Source: Schizochytrium sp. TIO01 (Eukaryota > Protista > Bigyra: Labyrinthulomycetes). From it: a stretch of 64,000 bases of DNA. Under the pieces are notes generated by a model. It saw only the letters and a program-made list of their open reading frames with translations. It searched no databases and had not been told where the DNA came from. The stretch is taken from NCBI GenBank assembly GCA_004764695.1, contig SMSO01000008.1, positions 806,001 to 870,000 of the forward strand, given 5' to 3'. Below, piece by piece: positions 40,169 to 53,840 of this stretch. Made by a program: the position numbers and the translations under genes. Every line of letters begins with the position of its first letter. The stretch's first letter is position 1.

Positions 40169-42631
40169 CTATTGGATCGTGACTGCACCATTGGTGTTAG
40201 TTTTCCGGTTATACTCCGGATTAGTAGGGGGGGGGAGACGTGAACCAGGTGCAGAACTCGTTACTCCGTAATTTGAGGGGACATAGTTTGATGTACCAGG
40301 TTGTACATATGAGTTAGCTGAGCCAGGCTGAGTGGATGTGCGCTTTGCGCTCATATCATAATAAGCAGCATATACGCGAGAACCGACAACAAGAAGAGCA
40401 CACGAGGTAGTGCAGAAAAATACACAGAGAGCTACAAACAGAGATTTCAAAGTTGGCTGCATACCTTCAGTAAGCGTGACAAAAAGAGAAAACGCTGTGA
40501 GAATCGCAACATTATAGTTCGAAAAGAGCATAAACTTGGCCTCATTGAAAATCAGCCCAGAAAAGTTCCGCGTCTGGCTCGCAAGCATACAGCTGGCTAC
40601 AATTGTCATGTAGCACACCGCGATGATCAACATCAAAAGAGTCGTGTTGGAAGGGCAAACTTCTTCCGTCACCCCAAGAGTTGAATCTGCCACAACTTGG
40701 ACAGGTACAAATCCAACTACAAAAGCCCAAATCAAGGTGCAAATTCCACCACAAATAAGACAGGCAGCAAACTCATATCGCATGAAAATGGTGGCCTTCT
40801 TTGTACCCTTTTTATCAAGCTTGTACTTGGCACGCATCAATGAGTTGATGGTGTACTGCTTGATCAACAGAGTTCCTACAAAGTAAAAAAAGCCGAAAAG
40901 GAGAAAGGAGAAACGCAGTGCACACTTGCTAGATGTTGGTGCTCCAATGTCAAAGATGCATGAAATGTTCATGAGTGCAGCACCAAAAAGCAGATAGGAC
41001 AAGGTCCGGATACGGGCGCTTTTCACGGCTGTAACGTTGCGATAAGCAATGACAGCAGCAAAGCACAGAACCATGATGACGCATGCCAAAATAGCTAAGA
41101 CATACACAACTGTTTCTTCAGGACTTCCATTAGGAATGTATGCACACTGAATCGTCTTCACGACTGTAGTCTCATAATATAGCGTAGTCCAGCGAGTTCG
41201 ATACACAGAGTAGCTACGCTCTGAAGAGCACGGATCCTCGTCGGGGTCAATCTCAACGTTGCCATCAGCCATGTAATTCGAGTTGTCGTACACAGCAACA
41301 ACATTTCGAGAACTATCAGTCTCGCAATCGCAAGAATAATACGATGGTGTGAGAGTCTCAGACATCCATACTTGGCCTGTGAACTTGTGTTCAACAGCAC
41401 TTGTCCAAGTGTTTGTGGTGGCGTTGTTTGCAGTGACCCACTTACAAGCAATCTCGTTCCAAGACATAGAACTATTATCCAATTGATCTAGCAACATCTC
41501 TTCCTGTTGTGTGTTGTCTTCATACATCAACGCATCCAAGAACAACGATACATCTGGCATATCATTGTCCATAGCTGTTGAGTATGCCTTGGATAGAATA
41601 TCTGTGGCGTAACCACAATCTCCTGTTCCATTCTCGATCTTTTCCTCGCACTCAGTCGTGTATTCAGGAAGAATAACACTCGTGAGATCATACTTTTGGA
41701 AAAGACCGTGAGGCGCCCAAAAGTAAAATACACGAGGTATACTAGAAGCTTCTGCTTTGCCAACCTCTTCAATGATTTTATCCTCAGTGACTGCATACTC
41801 GATTGTCAAATTAAAGTCGAGGTTGGTGATGATTTGGCTATCATGCTGAGCCCAATCCATCGCACCAGCAAGAAAAGGTGCAGTCAACAATGATATGTTT
41901 GTGGCGCCATCACACTGACTGTAGTCTGCGAAACCGCCGTTTGCAACAGGAGTGCCGCCATCTGCCTCGATGGGCATACATGGCAGACTCGAGGTTGGCA
42001 TGGAATAAGGGTCAGATGTACAACATGGGATTTCAGAAACGTTGGGGTCGACAAACATATCGAGGTTTTCCTTCAAGGTGCGCCAATACTCGAGCGCTGG
42101 GTCCTCGTCAAGAACGAAAGAGTTCATGAACCATCCAATCTTTCCAGTAAGACCATTCGAGCCAGCGTTGATTACTGTTCCATCTTCGAGTGAGTATTTC
42201 CGAACATTGGATTTCTGCCCTGACGGCCAATATTCCAAAACAGCATCAATGGTGGCGTTTGCCATGGCAGGCCAGACGTCATTTTCTGAATACACATTTG
42301 ACATATCCGAATAGTCAGCTGCAATTTCTACCGGGTATCCGAGGAACTCCTCGATGAAGATTTTAGCGACGTATACATTTACAAAACTACCGGCCCAGCT
42401 GTTGACACCAAGTTTGACACTGCAAGGGTACGTGCCATTTTCGTCCATAGAACACCTGAATCGGGAGAAGTTACGTGGCCATCTTGACTCTGAGAAACAG
42501 CAGTTCGCATCATCTGAAGCGCACGAGTCTATCAATGGGTTTGTCCGCAAAGCCGTCGTTGTTGTCGGCGCTAGCGTGAGGGCTGTGGCCACCAGCACAC
42601 AAACAAGCCTCCAGGTCGCTGTGGACTTCAT
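40169..42631 (-). CDS. OpuAC-like/class C GPCR fusion receptor (paralog 3)
   Basis: Same motif set; FNEAKF. Confidence 0.87.
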   Translation of the reverse strand: MKSTATWRLVCVLVATALTLAPTTTTALRTNPLIDSCASDDANCCFSESRWPRNFSRFRCSMDENGTYPCSVKLGVNSWAGSFVNVYVAKIFIEEFLGYPVEIAADYSDMSNVYSENDVWPAMANATIDAVLEYWPSGQKSNVRKYSLEDGTVINAGSNGLTGKIGWFMNSFVLDEDPALEYWRTLKENLDMFVDPNVSEIPCCTSDPYSMPTSSLPCMPIEADGGTPVANGGFADYSQCDGATNISLLTAPFLAGAMDWAQHDSQIITNLDFNLTIEYAVTEDKIIEEVGKAEASSIPRVFYFWAPHGLFQKYDLTSVILPEYTTECEEKIENGTGDCGYATDILSKAYSTAMDNDMPDVSLFLDALMYEDNTQQEEMLLDQLDNSSMSWNEIACKWVTANNATTNTWTSAVEHKFTGQVWMSETLTPSYYSCDCETDSSRNVVAVYDNSNYMADGNVEIDPDEDPCSSERSYSVYRTRWTTLYYETTVVKTIQCAYIPNGSPEETVVYVLAILACVIMVLCFAAVIAYRNVTAVKSARIRTLSYLLFGAALMNISCIFDIGAPTSSKCALRFSFLLFGFFYFVGTLLIKQYTINSLMRAKYKLDKKGTKKATIFMRYEFAACLICGGICTLIWAFVVGFVPVQVVADSTLGVTEEVCPSNTTLLMLIIAVCYMTIVASCMLASQTRNFSGLIFNEAKFMLFSNYNVAILTAFSLFVTLTEGMQPTLKSLFVALCVFFCTTSCALLVVGSRVYAAYYDMSAKRTSTQPGSANSYVQPGTSNYVPSNYGVTSSAPGSRLPPPTNPEYNRKTNTNGAVTIQ

Positions 42632-45600
42632 GATATCTTCTTATACTTCCCCTTAGAATACACTCTAGCTCTAGTGCTGCTTGGAACTTTGCTTGCTAAC
42701 TTCTTGCAGTCAGCAGCTGAGTGACGATTGGAAACAAGAGAGATCACCTAAAAATCCTAGTACTGGTGAAAAGCAGCCAGCAGAAGCAGAGTATCAGTAG
42801 TTTGTACGTGCTGCTTCGTCAACCTTAGCAGCACCCTATGCTGTGCACAGGACAAAAGACGACAAAGCCGAAAGCAGCAGCAATGGTGAATGCCAAATCG
42901 CGCAGGTGCCACCCAGAGTTCGATAGCTACTCGCTTCAGGTTTCTCTCTCCTTCAAGTTGTCCTTGAAGGAGTGAGTACTACTCAATATATAGGGAGAAC
43001 GAAATCAAGCAACCAGAGAGAGAGAGCTCTTTTTGCCTCCTTTGCGCCGCGACTTTGCTCTCTCCCAAGAGAGGCTAGCCGCGTCAGGTCCCTTGCCTCG
43101 CCAGCCAAACTAAGCTGAGTAATAGAAGGCAACAGATGCCAGCGGTCCAATCGGCGGGCTAGGAGCAGACAGAAAGCAGTTCTGGATGGACTGACTGCCT
43201 GGGAGAGGAATTGGCGATCGACTGGCGCCAAGCAACAATGGAGTGAGCCAAGAAGTGGATCCAGCGAAAAGCCACAGGCACTGGGCGCTCGTTGTCACCT
43301 GGATTTCCTAAGTCTTTCCCGCAAGAGAAATGTGTTCTCAGAAGACTGTGCAGGCTAGCTTATGCGCGCTCGCTGGCTTGCGGCTAGTTGAAATAGGAAT
43401 TTTGCTGAGCAACACTCGAAGTTGTTGCGATTGGGGTTTGATTGAAAAGAAAAGTGAAATTGCCATAAAATGGAAAATGGAATTGAACAAGAAAAAAAAG
43501 GGGGAGGAAAAAGAAAAGAAAAAAGAAAAAAGAAAAAGGAAAAAGGCGATGGAACATTTCTATTTTCTTTAAAGACCAAGAAAAGGAGATTTTTTTTTTA
43601 AATAAACGAGAACAAGACAAGAACAGGCATCATAAAGAATGGCAAGTATGCCTCTCAAAGAGGCTCATTATTTTGTTTGCTCCGCATCGATAGATTTAAA
43701 CTTTGCCGGTGTCGTTGTTCCATAAGTCTGTTCGTGGTTTTCATTCCCTGTTCTAAAGCTAAAGCTGCCACGGAAGTGAAAGGGTTTAAAACTTCCCTAT
43801 TAAGAAAAAGAATGAGCGAGCATTCAATGAAAATCCAATGAATAAACAATCTATTTTTTTCTTGTTTCTGCACACTCATTAATCATGAGCGAATGGCGGT
43901 TTGCTTCAAAGCTAAAGATTACGAACTCCGACGCATCGTTGAATTTCGTCTCTTTGCTATCAACCGATTGCTGACCGAGGACAAGAGTTCCCCCCCGCGC
44001 ACATGCCACCTACGTTTGCGTTGGCCTCTTAACAAAGAGATCCTTTTTAACCAATCGATCAATATCCTCGACCACTTAATTAATCACCAGCGGCAAAGCG
44101 TTTGATGACTTTTCACAAGTTTTGTCAGTACCTATACATTGATTAAAGCAGTGGCAGTCCTATTTTTCAAGTTGAGGCTTGCAAACAAATATCGAAAATA
44201 GAGAAGAATGTTTGTAAAATGCGCAGAGAAGAGATATTTTATTATTATGACTTAAGTATTACATTAAAAAAAAATAAAAAAAATAAAAAATATAACCTGA
44301 CTGATTCGACATCTACACTCACTCTCCCCTTTCCTATGAGTTAACCAAATGCAAATAGTAAACTAGAATAAAGCAGGAGCTTAGAGCGCCTCAGTTTATG
44401 AAAGAGGGAAACGAATGCAGGAGAGAAGCCGTTCGACTCCGTTGTCTCACAAGGCATTCACCTTTTTGCAAACCAAACCAAACCAAGCCAAATGAATCAC
44501 ACTTGCTCCAGCTGCGAACAAAGACATTGAATGATTGATTGATTGATTGATAACGACGATGTGTTTACAAGCTCAAGCACAATGAGTATAGGAGAGAGCG
44601 TAGTACTTTAGGTTATTATTGGCTTTCAATGGGGAGGAGCCCGCAGCTCCTCTGCCTCCTTTTCAGCTTTGTCCTTTTCAGTCGCGTGTTCTTCTTTGTT
44701 TTTATTTGCCTTTGAGCTTTCTTCTCGCAGACCTAAACTTGCTTGTCTTTCAATTGTTTGTTCGTTGGCCACGCGCTTTTGAACAAGACGAGTGAGCACC
44801 ATCGGCAACGATAGCAACGTCTTGCCTGCTGTGCTAAGCCTTCCGCGGTTCGAGAAGAAGTAGGCTCTTCGAACTTGCGACAGAGCATTGCATGTAAATA
44901 GCACTTTGGTGTGAAACCTCGCAGCTTATGATTGTAGATTTCCAGCGATCAGACCAATCATGAAAAGAAAACCAAAAAGCAATTATTTCTTCAATTCAAC
45001 ATAAAGTTAAAATAACGTTTTACAATAATTTATTTATATTTCTGTTTACAACATAACTGATTAATTATTCTCCAGGCCTAGAGGTAGAACCCAGAAGCGG
45101 CGGGGGTTTGTTGCGCTACAGCCTTCACTTGCACGATGCCCATATCCTGTATTCAGTCAAGATTCCTTGTCGGCATCTTTCCTCCAACCGGAATACTGTC
45201 AATATCTGCGATTCGTCCAATTCCCCGAAGTCATCAACATTTGCCGGAGCTCTCATCGACCTCAAAGAAACGAGCACTCGAACAAAAAAGCAAGCCATGA
45301 GAGCTTTGCCTTGATGGGTGCCTGATTAGTTGATCGCCTGACTGGCAATCAACTCGAAACCATCGCGAAAAGGCAGCTATGTAGTACCTATTGGCGATTT
45401 CTGAAGAAGCGTGTTATAGCCGTGGGCTGCAGTGTGCCATTTCAAGAAAATACACTACACTAGTTAGCAAGGGTAGTAGATAGAAAAATGAATGCATTTA
45501 TGCCGAATGTGAAACTCAATCATCAGTTTTTGCAGGTCCTGCGAACAGTGCGTAATACGTTGACCAAACTCAGCTCGATGCGAGTCTTGCGGAATGTGCG

Positions 45601-48600
45601 AAGTTTTGCCCACCTCGATGCGACGAACACCGTTCAATCCTACCCGTCTTGGAGATGGCTTGCAAAAGACTGAACTTCTGTCTAAAGAACTCCTGTTTCT
45701 GATACGTAGATGATGCGCTTCCGAGCAGCTTCAACTTCGCAGCGGACTCACGCGAAATCGTTTCCAAACTGATCGAAATGGTGCATGAAATGGTGCATTG
45801 TACAGGATTATATAACTAGCAACCTTGACAAACATAACTAAGCAGCTGAGAGCAAAGGCGTTGCAATTCTTCAAAGCCATGTATCTCTAGAGACTTTTAT
45901 TTTTTAAAAGTAAAATAAAAATAAAAAATTAGAATAAATTCAACTTTTTTTTTTTGGTATTTCAAAGACGTGCGTACTCAAGCAGGATGCCGTAGTTCGC
46001 AGTCGATATCCATTTCTACATTCCTGATGAGAGAACCGCGAGTTTCGGTGTGAAAGTTTCACTCTTGAATGGCTCCGTTGGCTTGGAAGCAGTAGGTAGT
46101 CTACGAGCAGAAAGATGGTCAATCGGAAGCCTTTTTTCCAAGTTTGGCAGCCTTTCTCCGAATTTATATAAAGATCGCCAAGATTCAGCCAAATGCGCTG
46201 CGGAACCGATGAAATATGAATAGCTTTCAGGGTTGTTTGCTGCATTAATGGTGTTTTTTTAAAAGGAAGAGAGAGACGTGTCTACGCGAGTTGTGTTTTG
46301 CGTCTCATCCTGAAAGGACAGGTTTAGACATTGTATGTCTGTCAAAACTCGTAATTCAAGATCATTGGAGTTCATTATCCCAAGGATCTTGAATTCCTGT
46401 CTTTTTATTTTATTTTAATTTTTAAATAATAAATTTCCCTGCCGCCTTGAACTATGTGTTAATACTTCAGGTTGTTCTGCTGCAACGAAAAACATACCGG
46501 GAATCAAAGCTTGCGATGGAACGGATTCTTGTTGCGTCATGGTATCTTCTAAGATTTGGTGTCGCTGCACAATCTTGAAGCGCTGAATATGCCAGCCGAG
46601 TCTTGAGCGAAAACTACCCCAACAGAGACCAAGCAAGAGCTCTCACGTTTTGCACCTACTATTGCTGCCTACAGCGGGCTAAATGAATAAATAATTTTTT
46701 TTCAAATATAAGGTTCTTTGATAAAAAAAAATAAGAAGAAAATGCCATGCAGTACGGAGGGTTGCCATAAACTATATAAGCCCCTCCAAAAACGCTTGAT
46801 TGTTTTCACTTCTACGTGAGACAGCGCTATAAGTTTACAAAAGGCAGGACAGGTCTGACTTTTGCTCGATATCTCCACGCCAATAATTTAAGCGCCCACA
46901 CCCTCATAAGTTAGTTTTCTTTACATACAGAGAATTTATTAGTCTGAAAACCCGAATAGCGGTTCAACTTCCCGAAAAACTAACAAATTTGCTGGGGAGG
47001 AGGTTGCTCTGGAGGGGCAAAGCAGGCATAGTACTCTGCTAGCGCCACTTAGTATATTACATTGACGTGGCGCTCGCTTCGCGCACTCTTCTTCCTCGCG
47101 GTGGAGCTTCTTCAACGTGAGATGTTGCAATGTGTAGAGTATCAAATAAAGTTCAAGATCGAGATGAGATAACAGTTTTTGTAATGTTCGAGCGGTCTTC
47201 AGCGGCAAATTAGTTCGTTAGCGTGTAGTTTAGACATGTTGAAGGCCTCTTTGTCACGCAGGAGGAGGCTTCTTCTTTAGAATTGTCACTAAGGAAGTAG
47301 ATAATTATGGAAGCCATAATAGCGGACAAATTCCTGTCAGAAAACATAGTCTGTTACTTCGAATTCAAGCTGTGTTTGAGTAAGTGATCTGTGGACTTCA
47401 AGTTCGGAATCGGTTGTAATTTGCTGAAAATAAATACTTGGTACGAGAAATCTGTGGAAGTGAAGAGTTGTTCCTTTTCGAAAATATTCTGGAGCATTAC
47501 GTGGTGTATCAAAAATTGTACCCTTTTCTTGCTGTCAAAGCTTGATGGAATATTCAGCAATGGGAGGAAAATGGTCCTCCATATTTGCAGGAATATATGA
47601 TGAAGCTTGCAACTGCAGTTCCTGACTGCTTATTATCTTACCTCCAGAAGGCTATCACTGGTCGATACGCAAACATTTAAGCTGATTCTCTCAAATGCTA
47701 TCGTATTCGTTCCCTGCTAATCATGCTTCTCTTCTCCTTTTATTTTCCTGATGGATGAAGCGAGCTGGCCTACCCGAAAAACACTTTCGCACATAGCGTT
47801 TGGCGCATTCGCTCTAGATAATAAAATCAGAACACATGCTCTTTGTTGTATTACCATATCAATCAGCAAACAATCTCCAGTATTACGCAATTCGTATGCT
47901 GGCGTCGAGCATCTGGGCACGCTTTGGCACACAGGACATTCAACGCTCAGAAATCGCTGCAGCCCACCCCTAAACTATTCTCGTTTCATCCTATTATTTA
48001 CATAAGCGCACTTTCGTTGCACTAGGTAGTACCTACGGTTAACCTGTGTGTTTTCTCGGCGCACCTCGATCGCTCTTTACCAGTCCACCTAAGGCCTGCT
48101 TCATTCTGACGCTATGTATGCGACTCTGAGACGTTCTATCTCGTGCGCATCCACCATGATCTCCTTCCCTCCAAAGGACTTCTAAAAGTAAGAGATCGTG
48201 CAGGCAAGTGGCTAATAAGTTACCAATCATTTCTGACGAAGTTGTATTCCTTTTGCTTCCTTAAAGTAAAACACAGAAAGAACGCAATCCGGAATTCCGT
48301 CATTCGTGCTTCGTTTGCATTCTTTCCCAGCCTCAAGTGCAAAATACGTAGTGGTATGTCCTGAGTCGCACAAAATGGTAGTCTTTGAACCCTTTCTCAC
48401 AGAGAATGCCGCGGTTCTGTCCGCTTGACCTTACTGTTCCCTCGCAGAACTCAGCTCATGCAATTCATGGAATCGAAAGGAACGAGAATGCAAAATCAGA
48501 ATCAGTTCTTTCGCATCTGACCTGGTCTCACAAAGTCTGGTATCTCCGCACCACACATAGAGCTTCCTCTCGATTTCCGAGGACTTTGAAGATGGACTTG

Positions 48601-51075
48601 AAGTTCATGAATTATTTACGAATGACAACTCAGTAAATCGATTGGATTGCGTTTGGGTCGAAAGCATGCGGCGAGCTCATTTTGGTATACGAGGTGGGGG
48701 AGCAGCGGGATAGAAGCAACGGCATTGATGAAGATTTGTAGGTGCTGCTGATGTGGTTCCAAGTAAGAACATTGTTCGTATCCGTTCTTCACCATTATTC
48801 GGAGGACTCAGTGACCAGACATCGATGGAGATTGATTGGAACGATTGCGAGCAATGGTCTTCGCACAGAGTCCTGGCAGAGTTGGTATAAAGAGGCATGG
48901 CCACTCCGAAGTTCGCGTTTAATCTGCAGGTCAAGCCAGTGGTGCATATGTCGTATGTAGTCTGCACGTGAAGAGCTTTGACCCGTAGAACTGAGCAAAC
49001 AGCTTACTTGGAAAAATAAATTCCAAGAGGTTCTCATTTTCGACGAGGAGTTCTTTTGATGCACCTTTCATTAATTTTCCTGAAGATAACCGCAATCAGA
49101 GCAATTAAAGAACGCTTCAGGAAACGTAAGAACGATGCCTATTATTAGGAATAAGCACAAATCTCAGCGCAGAGGAGGGGACAAAATTGATGCTTAGGTA
49201 TAACCATGCATCAGAGGGAGCAACCTTAACGAATCAATATAAGCCAAGCTACCATGGTAGTCTCCCTCTTCATTAAAGCTCATGCATTAAGATAATCAAT
49301 CGGTGCGCGAGGAAAACATACCTCTGTTGCTGAGGTGCTGATTGGTGTTTTTTTCAAGTTTTTTTTTTGCTGGTATTGTATTTTGATTGCCCTGATCAAC
49401 TCATAATGAGTATTTAAACACACATAAAATACTTTTTTTTTTTAAAAAATAAAAATTAATAAATGAAATATTGGACAAAAGTAAAGTAAAAGAAGCAAAA
49501 TCGCCGCTTTACTTGTTTTACATTGCGAACCCGCAAAAGAGCAGCTTTGCTATAAACGAGTAGGTAGAACGTAGGTGTTTGTTTCTCTTTCTGCAGATGA
49601 GAAGAAGAAGTCGAAAAAACTGATCCGCCACGTCCAAAGGAAGGACTCAGAATGCAATATCTCTTTCCCCTTTACGCAGCGAAGAAGCCTTCTCAGCACA
49701 GCATTTTCGCGTCGAAGGCACTGCACTGCATACGCTCTATGTCTACTCTCCCTCAACGTCTGTCCTGCATTGCTTTCTTTATGATCGCTAAGCAGCCTAA
49801 GTAAGCAAGGAATGTTCTTCTCTAACTGCGAAGAACAGCCTAAGAAAGAAAGAAAGAGGGTTGAAAAGAAGAAAATGTTTCATGCCCAAACGTTTTATTT
49901 GAGTTGTATACTTTATTTTTATTTTTAAAAAAACATTAAAAATGAATCGGCAAAGTGGAAAAGCACCAGCTGGCCTTCCGAAGCTGCATTCTGGCCTATT
50001 TTAAGCTATGAAACTAACTCGATAAGAGCTCTTGCAAGTTGAGACGCAGTGAGTGCCAACATGGAGGCGGGTTCAACGCTACTCGTCCTCGTCCTCGCTC
50101 GACACGAGGAGCGGCTTTCTTGATCTTCTTGTTCAGAAAAACCGACAGCCACGTGCTCTTACCCGGCTCTTTCTCTCCCTCTTTTCATAAGTGCTGTTTC
50201 CCATTATTGCTTCCTTATTATTGCTTGTTATCCTTTCTTTCATCCTACTCCATTGTTTAACGCGGTTGAAACTAAACTAAACGAAAAGAAAAGTAAACGT
50301 TCGACAATCAAAGCAGGCAACCAACTAACTAACCAACTAACTAACTTTCAAGCTCTTCGTTTGGACCATGTCTTGAGAAGTTTGCTTCGCCTGCTCTTGA
50401 AGAGCAAAACAGGCATCGTTATCCTGGACGAGCTCGAGCCCACTTTATGTCGTTGCCATCGCAGCTCTACAATAAATTCCCTCTCCACACTAGCGAAGGC
50501 AGTGAGTGCCACGATACGATTATGTATTTTAACTTTCGAGGTTATTTACTTTGTCACAGCGGCGGTATATTTCAAGATAGTTATTTGGTTTTCGCTTTGA
50601 AAAGGAAATAAATTTGTCACGATTGTTTCTCTTGAAGGGTGAGTGGGTAAAGTAAAAAGTGATTCTTATTCTTCAGAGTTTTATTTCAACTTTAATTAAA
50701 AAGGAAGAAGAAGAAGAATAAAAGAGTGGTCAGGTAATAAATAAGTTACTTTACAATCATTCGAGCCGCAAAAGGTGGGTGAGAAAGGCGAAGAAGCGCT
50801 GATCGTCGTGGGCCCTTAGTGTTTCATGCCGATTCTCACGCGCCCGCTGCAGTCGAAGTTGGTGGCGAAGGTGAACGAACACTGGTCTGCTGCTGAGCTC
50901 TGAGTGCATAAAGGACGCGGAGCGTACGAGTGCAGAATTATGGCTGTGATAGAAGGCTGACTAAAAATCTATGCAGGGAAAACCATCACATGACAATAGG
51001 CCACACCATACTGGTAGAGTTGCTCTGGCAGTGTACACAAAGTGCGACCAAACTGATGCGTGCTGGTTTCCAAGA

Positions 51076-51105
<30 letters not shown>
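51076..51105. repeat. (GAT)n microsatellite
   Basis: Direct read. Confidence 0.92.
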
Positions 51106-51106
<1 letters not shown>

Positions 51107-53803
51107 TTGTTGTGTATGTCTATTTACTTCCACGCAGAGGACTCGTCTGCGTTTTTTCAGTTTCGAAGTGGACACTGGTGTCCTCACATGTGAAGTGGTG
51201 GCTAAATATAGCAGTTCCGTTGGGCAGTGAGATTGATTCTTTGTTTTGACCTCGCTAGCTGCTTGCTGCGCGATGTCTCATGAGCACATACATACATCGG
51301 CGCCCCCAAACCAAGCCCCGCTTTGCCTCGAGTTGGTCTCCATCTCTTCCTCAGAACTCAATCACGCGGTAGGGGAAGTGGAAATCAGCCCAACCAAAGC
51401 TGTGATGTGATGGCAGGTTTGCTCATCCGAAACCGTGGTGAAGGTCTGCGATGCTCCCAAGCAAGCAAGTAAGCAAGCGAGCTCTGGAGCACGCTCAGGC
51501 TTCAGGGAAACATCAGAAATTCGTTGAAGCCCCCGAAAACGGGCAGCAGGTGGTGCCTTGGTACCTGGCAGAAGTGAGTGTCTATGTCCTATCGATTACA
51601 AGCTGGGTCACTTGTTGCGTATGTCTCGAGATCCGAAGAGTCTGCCTCCCTGAAAGCAAGCAAGCAGGCAAGCAAGCAAGCACACCGCTTTCCAATCGAT
51701 GCTCTCCAATCGGCCGGCGCTCTCCAAGCGACGCTTCGCAGTCTGCGGCTGATGCCATCCGTCGCCATCGCAGCTGACCTGAACGGACTTCGTTCCTTGA
51801 GGGCTCCCTTGTGCAAGCAAAGCAAAACCCGCAACTCGTGCTCCCTACGCACGGCGAGTTCGAGGAGCAGAGGAGGCTCGCTCGCTCGCTCGCACGGGGT
51901 CATGGCGGGTGCATCGTCGCACCGCGAGAAGGTCGTCTGGGCGTCTGGCTGGACACAGGGTTGGTCAGAGGCGGGCTCGGAGCGACGGGGGCCACGAGGC
52001 TCCCGCGACGGACCAAATTCCCGGAGGCGGGCTCCGGTCGCGGCCCGGAGGACGGGGAGCAGTACAGGTCAGCGGAGCAGTACAGGTCAGCGGAGCAGAG
52101 GAGTTTGATCCACCGTCGAGCTCTCGACGTTTCCAGAGAGGCGCCGGTCGTGTGAGATTTTGTTGTTGTGTGTGTTTTTTAAAGTTAATTGAAATTAAAA
52201 TTAACTTTAACTTTAAGTCCTTTCTTTGGTGGGCTCAATTGCGGAGTTTGTTGGTTTGTAGCGCTTTTGTTTGTTGGAAATGGTAAATAAATGGATGGAA
52301 TAAAGTTGTTAAGTGTTGTTGAGAAAGTCGGGTGTTTGTAGTTTCAAGGGGAAATGAAGAGAATGTGAATATATATAATATATGCACACATACATAGACA
52401 CGGTATTTTTTAAAAATGTTAAATAGAACGTAAAATTAATTTGTTATTTTACAATTTTTTCATTTACAAACAATACATTTTACGCCTCGAAATTGAGGTG
52501 TTCTACACTTTTTCTTTTTTCTTTTTTTAATGTTCTAAACATTTTAATTCCAAAAAAGATGTCGTTATAAATCTTCGATTAAGAACACTTATTTTTAACG
52601 CAGATGTCATTCATTATTTAGAATAGAAAAATGGATGACTCGGAAAATGAGATAAATATAAGTAATGAAGAGATCGCCTGCGATTGTAAGCGAAGCAGTG
52701 ACCACCACCAAGTACCCCGATGGTATAGCTTAGCTACCTACTGTAGTGCCGAGGTGAATGCAGGACAAGCAAATGGGTCGCATGAATATGATGAGTTCAG
52801 GATGCAGATCTTAAGGACTGCTCACGCAGGATTGCGAGTGGAGATCAATCATGGTTGTAGGTTGCCACTCACGAAGGCACTTGGCTGAACGGTGTCAAGC
52901 CAAGCTGCGATAGCGTGTAATGAATGATTAGGAAGAATTTAAGTGCTATCGTTTAATGTGAAGAGAGGTCGGCATAACCAGTGGCGCCTGATCCTTGTTA
53001 TGAGCGTAGAAATGAACCATAAGCTATGACCAGTTTGTTTAAGATGTAGTGTAGAACCAGCTGTCGCCTCATTAACTGTAGTTTGATTTCTTTCCAAATC
53101 TATAAAATAACGAGTCGTTGTTGCGCAAATGCAAAATGCCAAACGAGAAGTTTTTGGATGACTTCCGACATGCTCAGCTCGTTCGCACACTGGGTTGCAT
53201 TTGTGAAATGCAATCACTCCTCTGCGGTGACAATTCAGCTTGCTTGCGATCAACACGACCATAAAATCAACATAAGCCACAGGGAATTCAAGATGAATGT
53301 TCTACTTGTAAGAATAAATATTATTCTTATTACAACTTATCCGTTGAGCGGAAACCTCGAACTCACAGCTCTGGCGCAAGTGCTCAGCGCCAAAAAGCCC
53401 CCCATGACAAAAGAACTTTTATATTCTTTTTATTCAAATGGATAAAGTTGTACGTTGTAGCACATTGGCAGAAGCTAGAACATAAACTGAAGTTATACAA
53501 GCCATTCTTTGGTTACAAGTGCTTCTGATGCAGCCCCGCGCCCTTCCGAGCCTAATAGCTATTGGAGCGTGCTGGGTGCCTGGTTGTACATCTTTAATGC
53601 CATCTAATGTAACCTACAATGCAGATGTTGTTCTATCCACATTAAGGGAAGTTAAACAGACTTGCGAACTGTAGAATATCTAGGTAGGTGGGTTGGTCGG
53701 GTGGGAGGTTTGTTTGTCTCTGTTGTGGTGAGAAATGAACTTTGTTAAATAATCATATGGAGTCACAGAACAATGTATAATCAAGTCACGGTTGCAGGAT
53801 GAT

Positions 53804-53840
53804 TGGCTGGATGGCTGGATGGCTGGATGGCTGGATGGCA
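53804..53840. repeat. (TGGCTGGA)n octamer repeat
   Basis: Direct read. Confidence 0.85.

Noticed and set aside
44626-44904. 92-aa charged ORF
   Set aside because: GTG start, no motif, isolated; could be a gene relic but unsupported
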